NCBI GenBank assembly: GCA_951406725.2
Contig: OX597815.1
Coordinates: 174,592,001 to 174,656,000 of the forward strand
Direction of reading: 5' to 3'
DNA: 64,000 nucleotides
Source of the DNA: Octopus vulgaris
Taxonomy: Eukaryota
The position numbers and the translations under genes were made by a program. The notes beneath the pieces were generated by a model. The model saw only the letters and a program-made list of their open reading frames with translations, was not told where the DNA came from and ran no database searches. Positions 53,175 to 62,629 of this stretch are shown here, in pieces (the first letter of the stretch is position 1; each line of letters opens with the position of its first letter).

Positions 53175-53218
<44 letters not shown>

Positions 53219-53226
53219 CATGTGTG

Positions 53227-53261
<35 letters not shown>

Positions 53262-53531
53262 ATGTGTGCACACACACTTGAGCATCTTGAGTGAGCTTGT
53301 ATTTCCCCATATCTTTACATGTGTTTCCTAACAATAAACAACAATGCAAGTGGTGTCCACTGCTTTCAGTCAATCACAGAAAACATGTCCAGGTTTATCA
53401 ACACATCCTGACATGTTTTCCAATCTAAGATGATAGAGGGATAGAAACAGGTGCTTTGCTGTAGAGGAGATATATAGTTACCCCTGTAGAAAAAGAAGAG
53501 GGGAGAGAGATGGTGAAGGAGATACATTGTG

Positions 53532-53569
<38 letters not shown>

Positions 53570-53577
53570 CATGTGTG

Positions 53578-53622
<45 letters not shown>

Positions 53623-56600
53623 ATGTGTGCACACACACTTGAGCATCTTGAGTGAGCTTGTATTTCCCCATATCTTTACATGTGTTTCCTAACAATAAAC
53701 AACAATGCAAGTGGTGTCCACTGCTTTCAGTCAATCACAGAAAACATGTCCAGGTTTATCAACACATCCTGACATGTTTTCCAATCTTTGTAAACAAAAG
53801 GCTCATTTAACAGTGTTGCTTGTTTCCTACTGATCATGTAACTATGGCAGGTTAGGTTATTACTACCTTGCTTGATAAAAGGGGAAAGTTGGTGTCTGAC
53901 CATAGAATATCTATCACAATGAATTTTGCCCAACCCATGCAAGTGGATGTTATAATGATGATGATGTGTAAAATTCCAGAGGTAAGTTAAACTAAGATGT
54001 TGTTGTAGAGACAGCAGTATTGAGGAGAGGTTTTACAATAATGAAAATGATGTAAAAGTCTGGGAAATGATCCTCCTTGGCATAATTAGACAACTAATTG
54101 AAATAGTTTGCAATGCAAAAAGTAAAAATTCATAAATGAAAACTGACTTCTACAACCATTGCTTCTTCTTCTTGGCAAGTATCTACTTCCATAGGTTGTG
54201 TTAAATCTGAAACAATAAATAACAACCAATGAATTCAATTATAATTATTGCTACATCAAAAAGAAGGAAAATCAAGTGAATATTTCTATAGGTGCAGGCA
54301 TAGCTGTGTGATAAGAAGTTTGGGTACTTTTTCAGAATTCCCCCCAACCCTATAACTTTTGAACCAGTAATTTTTTTTTTAATACGTTTTTTCAGATTCA
54401 TATGTTTTCAATATCAGAGATTATAATTTAGCAAAAAAAGAAATGTGCTAATATACAAAATATACACATGAGAAGAAAACTAATGTGAGAATTAGTATCA
54501 TTGTTTTATAGTGCAGATTGTACTAAATTCCTTTTTAACCTACATTTATAGTGTGTTTTTTCACAGCAACTCTTTTATTTTAAGAGAATTTCATAACCAT
54601 TAATCACCAGCTTACTTCTACATTACCATATCTTAGAAATTAAATTAATAATTGATGGAAAAGGGTTAGAGTGGGAGAGAGCAGACAAGTTTTATAGTTT
54701 TGAACATCTACTGTCTAATGGTTTGTCCACATTACTCTGTAAGGAACATGGAGCCAGTTTCCCAATTTTTCTGGTGTATATATTCCTCTCTGGGTGGGTC
54801 ACCAGTCTGTCAAATATAATTCATTTTTATCAGTTGAGTGGACTGGAGCAACGTGAAATGAAGTATTTTGCTCAAAAACACAATGCATTGTGCAGTCCAA
54901 GAATTGAAACCACAATCTCGCAATCATTAGTTCAACACCCTAACAACTAAATCATGCACCTCCTCTAGTGTCTATTACTATCCTGTAATTGATACTGAGT
55001 ATAGCAATACTTCTTTCTTATGTTTATAAGTATGTCTACTATTATGATGATTTTTCCCTTTGGAAATAAAAAATTTTAAAAACTGTAAATTGATGTACTA
55101 CGAGATTAATTAAGGATTAATGTTCCAGATTCAATAAAAGACCCAATAAAACAGATCGTCATCAAGCATAATAGTTGTCTTGCTATAACCAAAATGTGGT
55201 GGCACCAGGAATAGCATTAATTATTGGATCAAACAATAAAATAATCCAAGAAGACATCATTTATCATCCACTTTTCCATGCTTGCATAGATCAGACAAAT
55301 TGTTGAGGCAGATTTTCTACAGCTGGAAGCCCAAAGTGCTATGCAGTGGGACTGACTTGGAAGCAAGCTTCTCAATCACACATCCATGTCTGTGCTGTGG
55401 GACTGAACCCCAAACCACAAGGTTGGAAAAACACATACACACAATTCCTGTTTTACATTCATTTTTCCATGCTTGCATGAGTATGGTGGATTACTGCTGA
55501 AGCAATTGTTCTTACAATTGGCCTCTCCTCTTTTAAGTAGGAGTGAGGAAACTGAGCAGGCATAGTTAGATGTCTTGCTTAAGAGCACACTACAATGATA
55601 GGTAGAAAAATCTGAATCCCTTAATCTCATAGCTGCTGTATGTCACTGGTGTTTTATTGATTTCTCCCCAACCCAAAGCCTAAAAGACAAAATCAACCCA
55701 TCAAGAATTTGAACTCAGAAATGTTAAATCTGAATGAAATGTACAAACACTACTTCACTATCATCATTTAACGTCTATTTCCCATGCTGGCATGGGTTGG
55801 ATGGTTTGACAGGAGCTGGTAAAGGCGGCAGCCACACTAGGTTTCATAGTTTGTTTTTAGCATGGTTTCTATGGCTGGATGCCCTTCCTAATACCAACCA
55901 CTTTACAGAGTATACTGGGTGTTTTTTTTTATGTGACACTAGCACCAGTACTATTTAACTTGGTCCCAGCACCAGTATCAATTCTGCTATGATGAACAGA
56001 TCTTCTTGAATACAGCAAGGCAATCATATGGAATTATAAACAAGTACCATGGTATTTCAAGTTAGAAGTAGAATTTCTCAACAAAACATTTACAATTGCC
56101 TATCAATTTATAAACCTTAATGTCTATCTTCTTTGCACATTAAACATCAACTATAGTAATCTCAAAAAGTTTACACAAAACAAATACTTACATCTAAAGC
56201 CAAATACATCATGAGAAATTGGTAAAGGACTTTCTGACACATCACTTGGGTATGCATTTGCTGCTTGTAACTGAGAATCAACTAATGAAGAATGGTCATC
56301 TATTCCATCCAAAATACAAGAATTATTTTTATTGGCAGGTACTGAAACTGTTTTCTTCTTCTTTTTTACAATTTTCTTTTTCTTTGTAGAATCAGAATCT
56401 ATCTGTGAGGTGGTAGTATTAGAATCACTGGTTTCTGGTAACTTGAGAGGTTTCTTTAAAGTTTTGGATTTTATCTTAGATGTTTTCTTTTTGGCTACTT
56501 TTTTCTTTTTAGGACTATCTTCTAAAATTTTTGCTGGTTCTGTTAAACCTTCTGACTCTTTGGATTTTACAGATCGTTTTGCCTTTTTTATCTTTCTCTT

Positions 56601-58288
56601 TTGGGGTTTTTCAGGTTTTGCTTCTAAAGGCAAATGAAGTAACTTCTTTTCTTGGAAACTTTGAATCCATTTTACCTGAACTTTCTCTCTTGCAGTATTC
56701 ACAGGTAAAATCCCACTTTCCTTTATATTTTTTTCAGGAGAATGTACTCTTTTCCTCTTGTTTTCTTCCTTTTCTTTTATTGATGGCACTTTGGTTTTCT
56801 TTTCTTGTTCTTCTTTATTTTCACCATTATCAGAATCAGAATCATAATCAGCCACTAAAGAACAATTTTTCTGATTAAGAACAGTGACATTTGAAAGAAT
56901 TTTCTTAGGTGTGGCTGATACAGCAGAGCCAGAGTTTTTAATTTGATGATTTTTAGTCCATATGGCACGAGGCAGCATCGAAGCTTGCCTTTCTTTATTT
57001 CTTTTCTTTGAAGTCTTTGCATATTTTTTACTTTCTTTATCTTTCTTCTGTGAAACATCATCTTCTACCACAACCTATAAGAAATGAATGAAGAAATTAT
57101 GTCAGTCACCCTGCTTTCTAAGACAATCAGGTGAATGATATAAGAATAAATTTTAAGGTTCACTTTCACAAGTGAAATCGCTGTTTATATTACATTATTA
57201 TATGGTAAAGAGCAATGAAGGTTATGAACAGATATGGGAACCAGAAAGTTAATTCCTAGTTTATTATCTTATGGACTGCAGATAAAGTATAATCAATGTT
57301 AACTTTGCTTTTCAGCTTTAGAAATAATAGAATGCAATATGATGATGTAGAGAAAGCAATGCTGATAAATGTATCCAAAGAATCTGTTCTGAAGAACTAT
57401 TCCATACAAGCCAAGATGGAAATTTTTATATGAATAATAGATAGTGATAAAATATAAGCAAAAGAAATTACTCTAATTTTATATAATTTATTTGCATTCC
57501 TTAACAAAAACATTGACTTTAAAAAGAAAATCCTTTTTAAGAAACATTTGATCTACAAAGAATACTTTTGGTTACATGTGTATTATCAATTATTATAGGC
57601 AATAAATTACTTCCAGTATGATATAGTGTTCTCAGTTTTACTTACATTTTTTTCCTTTTAGCAACTAAATAGTAAGTTTCTTATTGTAAATAATCCAACT
57701 ATATTTGAACAAAAACTTCATGTCAGAGCTTTATATACTACAGTCAGCATATCCACTTGATATTCAAACATAAAATTATTAAAACATAATTTATGAGTTA
57801 TATAATAGAACTTTGCTATTAAAAATTATTACATTGTTCAAGACAACTAACTCAGAACATGATGACCTGTATGAAAAGCATGCAAAAACTGATTTTGATG
57901 ATGACTGAAGGAGAAAGTAAAAGCAAAGAACAACTAAGTTTTGAAAACAGTAAAAAGCAAAAAAGTAGATAATCTAGTAGTGTTGTTAACTGTTTGCTCT
58001 TCGTTGAATCCATTTTTGCTAACAAAGAACTCAGGTTTCCTTGAATATTAATGTTCAGCATTAAAAACAATGGATTGCATCTAATAAAACAAACACTAAG
58101 CCAGTCTTGAGATATAATTTATATACAAAAATTTAAAACATGTAGTTTCAAATAATGATTACCTCATCATCACAAGGTTTTACCCATGTAGTTAATCCAG
58201 TTTCTTTGTTATAGTAAAAAAATTTTCCTGGGTGTGTTTTTGACTCTCGAGAAAGCCATCCTGGAGGTAATTTCGACTTCGATGACAT
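28683..58288 (-). CDS. SWT1: SWT1 RNA endoribonuclease homolog (WW, Lys-rich region, PIN, C-terminal helical region); 22 coding exons, 2712 nt, 903 aa
   Basis: Exons joined by hand with consistent phases. PIN motifs YIILDTNILL, VPWVVMQELDALK, ENNDDKILQCC and VLFSNDKNLCNK are present. Post-PIN motifs ILETEMKLAFDDIW..KPPWDL..CIKKHWIAVFG match those I recall from vertebrate SWT1, which has a similar length. Confidence 0.9.
28993..29208 (-). mobile_element. Second tRNA-headed SINE family, with a 16-bp TSD
   Basis: Head GGCAGCAAGCTGGCAGG..GAGTTCAAATTC; TSD TCTGACAAGTAATATT at 28977-28992 and 29209-29224. Another copy at about 50805-51036 is flanked by TAGTTCATTCA. Confidence 0.85.
31059..31120 (-). 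CDS. SWT1: SWT1 exon 21
   Basis: tgttag|DNEPKVTSAHLQALFFLPDK(R)|gtaata. Confidence 0.8.
31567..32845 (-). mobile_element. Full-length decayed mariner (DD34D) transposon in SWT1 intron 20
   Basis: About 30-bp TIRs (TGAGAGTTGGCTGAAAAGTTCATAGGTTGA / TCAGCCTTTGAACTTTTCAGCCCACTCTCA), TA on the left flank, length about 1.28 kb. ORF 31960..32673 has QWVSHL and HDEYW. Downstream, FHQDNAPAH and HSPYSPDLAPSD have exactly 34 residues between the second and third Asp. The reading frame is broken. Confidence 0.93.
33165..33261 (-). CDS. SWT1: SWT1 exon 20
   Basis: ttctag|CCLAMNIEKPCDTEAFNSLSNQLNLLLSELGGH|gtaaat; in-frame acceptor preceded by a tactaat branch-like motif. Confidence 0.75.
33468..33584 (-). 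CDS. SWT1: SWT1 exon 19
   Basis: atttag|CQEVEQALQRDPSAETCQQILTTLQNSIPAMETTYINFS|gtaatt. Confidence 0.8.
35062..35162 (-). CDS. SWT1: SWT1 exon 18
   Basis: cattag|VDHGSVSKSGSVMFNETLALNKFQKVWELLNHY|gtaagt. Confidence 0.8.
35663..35907. mobile_element. hAT-like MITE
   Basis: CAGTGGACTCCTCAAC ... GCTGAGAACCACTG termini; a related copy in the opposite orientation lies at about 14602-14826. Confidence 0.6.
36660..37105 (-). mobile_element. Tigger/pogo-like transposase relic in SWT1 intron 17
   Basis: Translates as LMKAIDKKDKPTLRDFWKKLNTMDAVDNIAESWETL, then after a frameshift DCISDFVNFSQ..KDIVAL..GVIEDDVVELL..ESLYNE with stops. This resembles the C-terminal part of Tigger-type transposases. Confidence 0.7.
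37146..37284 (-). CDS. SWT1: SWT1 exon 17
   Basis: AAG acceptor (required for frame)|DYQEDINQYLKVLNLMETICTEIISKAVDVNTIKSIDELLVKYAEAK|gtatgt. Confidence 0.8.
37574..37658 (-). CDS. SWT1: SWT1 exon 16
   Basis: ctaac branch point..ttgtag|DPIKEMEQVLSLIHNSHFVLKPLAAKSS|gtaagt. Confidence 0.85.
37774..37871 (-). CDS. SWT1: SWT1 exon 15
   Basis: ctttag|KHWIAVFGMIYDGNSKDIESTFISLYEYFVSDK|gtaggt. Confidence 0.92.
38455..38770 (+). mobile_element. Degraded RTE-type LINE 3' fragment
   Basis: MSQERLVRQIPQAEPTGRRPGGRPRMRWLDNI is typical of the RTE ORF C-terminus. Confidence 0.7.
39063..39125 (-). CDS. SWT1: SWT1 exon 14
   Basis: ctatag|WLDIVIRKPPWDLIDILFCIK(K)|gtaagt. Confidence 0.92.
39443..39718. mobile_element. 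GC-rich TIR MITE
   Basis: CAGGGGTGTAGCTAGGGT ... ACCCTAGCTATGCCCCCCTG inverted termini; a related element lies at about 18102-18252. Confidence 0.7.
40414..40508 (-). CDS. SWT1: SWT1 exon 13
   Basis: tttcag|ATQIFIKLKDILEKLLAKILETEMKLAFDDI(W)|gtgagt. Confidence 0.92.
40594..40814. mobile_element. piggyBac-like MITE (family A)
   Basis: TTAA-CCCTTAGTGTTT...AAATGCTAATGGG-TTAA; body homologous to 49442-49661 and, inverted, to 3124-3535. Confidence 0.78.
41370..41577. mobile_element. piggyBac-like MITE (family B)
   Basis: TTAA-CCCTTTTGTTACC...GGTATCAAAAGGG-TTAA. Confidence 0.8.
41855..41946 (-). CDS. SWT1: SWT1 exon 12
   Basis: atttag|NNSENLSVNHGSHSEKCSDATTENENREDII|gtgagt; phase 1-0. Confidence 0.82.
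42565..42961 (+). mobile_element. tRNA-headed octopus-type SINE, near full length
   Basis: A-box-like TGGCTGTGTGG, B-box-like GGTTCAGTCCC, central (TA/TG)n, tail AAGTAAAAGAG. Other copies: 16356-16780(+), 18310-18654(+), 63766-63939(-), 7625-7790(-, partial). Confidence 0.88.
43320..43377 (-). CDS. SWT1: SWT1 exon 11
   Basis: tgatag|SIEYGLKELLGKSEITFDF|gtgagt; phase 0-1. Confidence 0.82.
43860..44087. mobile_element. piggyBac-like MITE (family B), inverted relative to 41370-41577
   Basis: TTAA-CCCTTTTGTTACT...AGTAACGAAAGGG-TTAA; its reverse complement aligns with the 41370 copy. Confidence 0.8.
44468..44556 (-). CDS. SWT1: SWT1 exon 10 (end of PIN)
   Basis: tcatag|YPHCSVVLFSNDKNLCNKSMINNVTAYTQQ|gtacgt. 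Confidence 0.93.
44978..46010 (+). mobile_element. CR1/L2-type LINE fragment with uninterrupted RT C-terminal half and (TTA)n tail, antisense in SWT1 intron 9
   Basis: ORF 44939..45922 contains SGVPQGSVLGPLLF, KYADDIKL, DLGITVSSDLRWSKHI and LESVQRRATK; (tta)n tail at about 45973-46010; inserted in a degraded SINE. Confidence 0.92.
46379..46460 (-). CDS. SWT1: SWT1 exon 9 (PIN, NNDD motif)
   Basis: ttacag|AMEQDPIFIVENNDDKILQCCMQFQKK|gtaaga. Confidence 0.93.
47297..47395 (-). CDS. SWT1: SWT1 exon 8 (PIN)
   Basis: ttgcag|NSSTAKHAQRAISFLFSCFNKKHPRIIGQSSRE|gtatgt. Confidence 0.92.
47693..47772 (-). CDS. SWT1: SWT1 exon 7 (PIN)
   Basis: ttctcag|DIERSPFIVVPWVVMQELDALKSKTRT|gtgagt. Confidence 0.94.
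48940..49390 (+). mobile_element. Highly degraded L2/CR1-like LINE fragment
   Basis: Remnant translation LTISDEILWKPHIYKIAKFAS..LRKYFSP..L. Confidence 0.5.
49442..49661. mobile_element. piggyBac-like MITE (family A)
   Basis: TCAA-CCCTTTAGCATTT...AATGTTAAAGAG-TTAA. Confidence 0.75.
49892..49979 (-). CDS. SWT1: SWT1 exon 6 (start of PIN, DTN motif)
   Basis: atttag|MAYIILDTNILLLKSGLAVIEKIRDGFYS|gtaaag. Confidence 0.92.
50414..50688 (+). mobile_element. RTE-type RT fragment preceded by an inverted duplicate of its own 5' part
   Basis: 50499-50688 reads GYGLITCIVNQVVHEGVLPKDWCSSIIVNCYKGKGDDALDKNNYRNIKLLDQVMKVTERII; 50414-50471 is the reverse complement of 50500-50557. Confidence 0.8.
51604..51672 (-). 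CDS. SWT1: SWT1 exon 5
   Basis: caacag|VMGDLTGSISEDYAAVTNSSPKQ|gtttgt; phase 0-0. Confidence 0.75.
51809..51853 (-). CDS. SWT1: SWT1 exon 4
   Basis: tttcag|IEEVRKILICQPSNE|gtaagt; phase 0-0. Confidence 0.82.
53073..53787. repeat. Near-perfect tandem duplication (53073-53426 and 53430-53787) containing (TG)n tracts
   Basis: By eye the copies are identical except for (TG)n lengths; there is a 3-nt AAG insertion at the junction. Confidence 0.92.
54148..54206 (-). CDS. SWT1: SWT1 exon 3
   Basis: tttcag|...GAA|gtcagt; YLTQPMEVDTCQEEEAMVVE. Confidence 0.8.
56192..57074 (-). CDS. SWT1: SWT1 exon 2 (883 nt, Lys-rich low-complexity region)
   Basis: cttatag|GTT GTG...AGA T|gtaagt; corresponds to ORF 56151..57071; phases fit both neighbours. 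Confidence 0.88.
58163..58288 (-). CDS. SWT1: SWT1 coding exon 1 (WW domain)
   Basis: MSSKSKLPPGWLSRESKTHPGKFFYYNKETGLTTWVKPCDDE|gtaatc; W..YYN..TTWxxP WW signature. Confidence 0.88.
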
Positions 58289-58711
58289 CTGGAATGCTGT
58301 TGATCATAGGTCTGCTCAATCAGAGCTGGCCCAGAGCTAAACAACAACATAAGCTTTAAAAACACAACCTAAAAAGAAAGATTTAAATGTAAAAATATAT
58401 TCCTTGCATGAGGAAAAAAAAAAATAATTAGATGAGTGACAAAGAAACTGGACTTCCATTGGTTGAGTATTTAGTTGTTCAATCAAAATTCCATGTTTAA
58501 TGTATGTTCCAAACACCAGCTTAATAATGATAAAGTTATTTTCCAGAATTTTTCATTATTTAGAAAATTAACTGAGACAAAAGCAGTGTATTTCAACAGA
58601 AATATTGTAACAAAAAGGTTAAATGTAATTCTCAGGTGGAATCAATATGACAAGGCTGCACCTTTAAATTACAGGTACAATCAATCTAATAAGCTTCCTC
58701 GTAATTTTCAT

Positions 58712-59122
58712 CTCTTTTACTCTTTTACTCGTTTCAGTCATTTGACTGCAGCCATGCTGGAGCACCACCTTTAGTCGAGCAAATCAACTCCAGGACTTAT
58801 TCTTTGTAAGCCTAGTACTTATTCTATCAGTCTATTTTGCCGAACCGTTAAGTTATGGGGACGTAAACACACCAGCATTGGTTGTCAAGCGATGTTGGAG
58901 GGACAAACACACACATATATATATATATATATACAACGGGCTTCTTTCAGTTTCCGTCTACCAAATCCATTCACAAGGCTCTGGTTGGCCCGAGGCTATA
59001 GTAGAAGACACTTGCCCAAGGTGCCACACAGTGGGACTGAACCTGGAACCATGTGGTTGGTAAGTAAGCTACTTACCACACAGCCATTCTCTGCCTATGC
59101 GACACAGCCACTCCTGTGCCTA
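58712..59122 (-). mobile_element. tRNA-headed octopus-type SINE
   Basis: Reverse complement of the 42565 family; the head segment is locally duplicated. Confidence 0.87.
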
Positions 59123-60659
59123 TACTCACTAAGTTTCATTCACAGCTACTCCTGCTCAATTTTACTCACTAAGTTTTATTCAACCAAAGATACTTGCCCA
59201 AGATGCTATACAGTGGAGATGACTTCCTGATTGCAAAGCAAATTTCTTAACTATTTGTACTAAATCAACTCAAATGTACATGGAAAAATAGGAAGAAAAA
59301 TCTCCAAGTTAAATGACAAGCATTTGGAAACTTTTCCAAGTTACTCTTCAAAATAACGTGCAGGTATGACAACGGCATCAAGCCTATTTTAAACTTTACT
59401 TCCAGTTCTGGTATTTATTTTATGATAAAAAAAATGCTAAAGTAACCTCAAAAGGACTTGAACTTGAAGCATCAAATTATAATAGTTTTAAAGTATTCAA
59501 AGTGATAGTCTAACTTTATACTTAATTCCCACTAGTTGAAAAAAATTATCATTAATTTCAAGAAGATGCTGTGAGTTAGTTATATATTAAACTGATATAT
59601 CTGATTTCCCCCCCCCCCTTTTTTTTATTTTCTTAACATCACTCATAAAGTGGAGTTAGTATTTATTTTCCTCTGACTTAAACAACATAATATTTTATTC
59701 CTAGCACAGTCGACAGATGAGTTCAATTCCTAGTGACTCATGTCCTTGAGCAAGAAACTATATTTCATATAGTTCCAGTCCACTCAGCTGGCAAAAGTGA
59801 GTAGTTTCTGTATTTCAAAGAGTCAGCCTTGTCACGTTTTGTGTCATGCTGAATTTCTTTGAGGACTATGTTAAGAGTACACATGTTTGTAGAGTGCTCA
59901 GCCACTTGCATGCTAATTTCACAAGCAGGCTGTTCCATTGATCATATCAACTGGAATCCTCGTCTTCATAACCAATGGAGTGCCAGTTATAATGCGAAAA
60001 GTACAATATACGAAACATATATCAGAAGTGTAATATTATATACAGTGGCAGACTGGCCAGGTTGCCAGCTTGCCCGATGGCAAGTGGGCCCCTGCGTCAT
60101 TAGAATCCATATATGGAGGCCCACACTAGTATATAAGGGGGCCCATCACAAGTTTGAGAATTTTTTATTCACTCCTGGAAGAATGCATTAATTATTTCAG
60201 CCTGGCTGTGTTTGTAGACAGTTGGAAAGAATATTTTTACCAAAAATAAAATTAAATATTAGCATTGTAATTGTGGGTGGGCTCACCTCAGTCTCCTGGC
60301 AACCAATATTTTTAGACCCACTCCACCACTGATTATATAGCAACAAAATATGAATGCAAAGGATCTACAATTAGAGACACGTATGATGAATATAGACATG
60401 AGCACTATTAATTTATAAGAAAAGTTTGGAATAAGACAGATGACAAAACAACTGGACATTGGTTGGAATGACAACTGCACTAGTTTAAAAAATATATAGG
60501 TGAAATACGAATGATAAAGTTCTCTGGGTTGCAGATGAATGACATCTGTAGAAGTAAACCAAAAAAGAATTTGAAATGGTGCTTATAGAAAATATGAGAA
60601 GATTTAGATCGCAGAAAATTCAAAGAACAATGGTAAAATTTACCACAATAATGATATAA

Positions 60660-61800
60660 AGAGCTTTTCGACACATGTGAGCAGGGGAAATGGATTTCAT
60701 GATGAAAAATTACATTTAATGCTGACTTTAAACTCCACGCTGCGGTTCAGTAATATTAATTACGTAGGATTTTCTAATTATAACATTAAAATAACCACTC
60801 TATCATTCGAGGGTGCTGTGCAACATATGCGAAATACTGATGTAACAGTACTTCGTGCTCCTATCGTTGTTGCATTCGAGTCTGAACACAAAAAACACGT
60901 GATATTTTCGACTTTCAGTTAATAGAAAAAGTACAAGTATAGTCAATCTTCCGAACTATGACACAATAATAGAACGTGCTGTATTTCTCAAATCAAACGA
61001 AAATATATCGTGATATGGTCATCAAAACAGTATATTCTTTTTTTTTTTATAAAACTTTTGAATCTGAACGCGTAAATTAAATTCATAACGATGTCATTTT
61101 AAAAATCATTTCTTGCGTTGGTGTTATAGGTAGAGTCTAATTGTTAATCTCATTTATTTACCCATTTTCTTTTACTATTTTTACTGCTGCGATTTAAAAT
61201 TTTAACAGGAAAAACATACGTTTGAATTTAATTCATTTACTGTCACGATAAATTAAACGAATCTGATTCTTGACATTCTTACATATTTAAAATCTTTGAA
61301 TGATGCGAAATAAGTAATTATAAAGCTAAAATATATATAAAAATTACAATATTGATATGTCACAATAAAATATCGGCTGAAAGTTTCTAACGCTTGACCT
61401 GCGCTTTAACATATACGTGTAAATTTTTACCAACTTTACCTATGTGGTTACCTTTCTTTTAGATGAAATATGGGCATTCTTTCGTAGAATGCCGAAATAT
61501 ATTTATTATGTAAAAATTATTCAAAAAATATCTGCCACAAACTATTACATTAAAAGAGATCCCAACGATTTGAAATAAGAAACTGTCAGCAGCAAGTAAA
61601 ATGCAGTTTTATCCTGGAATATAGAGTCGTAGCAAATAAATACATACACTATAGTTTTATGTTTTCATGGAAATATTCTGTAATGTAACATTGAGTTAAT
61701 GTTAATAATTTGGCAGGTAAACACATGGTAGCAGCCATTATTGTAAACAAGCTATATGCCGGAAATCAATTAGTTTAAAGTTGCTTTTTAACGACATTTT
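60660..61800 (-). promoter_or_regulatory. Probable SWT1 promoter and non-coding first exon
   Basis: CpG-retaining AT-rich stretch 2.4-3.5 kb upstream of the ATG. It has an ETS-type CCGGAA (61759-61764), a YY1-like GCAGCCATTATTG (61731-61743), and candidate minus-strand donors near 61440-61452. Confidence 0.5.
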
Positions 61801-62629
61801 AATTCAAGGAAATATATAAATTATATACATAAAATTAGCACTCAAGCTATGTTTGTTTCATTTTAAAAGTAAATTTTTACACGATTCATTTAAAAGGCAG
61901 AAAGTAATTTTGTAATTTATTTGACTACATAGCGCAAACATATTCACGTATGACACCCAGCAATTTCCAACAGGATGCTATCTCTTCTACATTTATTAAT
62001 TTCTTACATAGATTTAACCTCCGATTTACTAAGAGATTGTATTGCATACTAGCTATTGTCAGGGTCATTAGCAGCATAGATGTATTGAAACTGTAATAAA
62101 CTGCAATCAAAATCATCTCGACCTTCAAGGAGTAACAGCCAAATTTCCCTCAAAGCATATGTAAAATGAGTAGGGCACATTGGGGTGTCTAGTCCTAGAT
62201 ACACTCTATTATTTAAAAAAAAGAAGAAACAGGTGGATCTCAGCTGGAACGTCTTTTATTACATGCCTGTCTGCTTGATCAAACCTGATCTTTGCTATAC
62301 AACATTACTAAACACTGTATTAAATTCTGTTTTATAGTGCTTGTCACATCTGCTCTGCACAATTACAAAAATACAAGAATTTTGATTGAAGTGCATATTA
62401 CATCTTATAGATGTCACCCAGAGCTGCTTAGCAGCGTTATAGGCCGTTAGGCAAATCAATGCACTAGGTCCTATATCATCAACATCATTTGACGTCTGTT
62501 GTCCATGTTGGCATGTTTTGGACAGTGTGACCAGAGCTGGCAAGGTTGGGAGCTGCACCAGACTCCAGTCTGATTTGGCGTGATTTCCGTGGCTGGATGA
62601 CCTTTCTAATGCCAACCACTTTATAGAGT

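Noticed and set aside
53014-53734. His/Thr-rich and Cys/Val-rich ORFs (also at 7519-7906, 9039-9378, 23445-23763 and 24716-25394)
   Set aside because: These are translations of (CA)n/(TA)n microsatellites and SINE sequence.
56332-56878. Phe-rich plus-strand ORFs
   Set aside because: Antisense shadows of the Lys-rich SWT1 exon 2.
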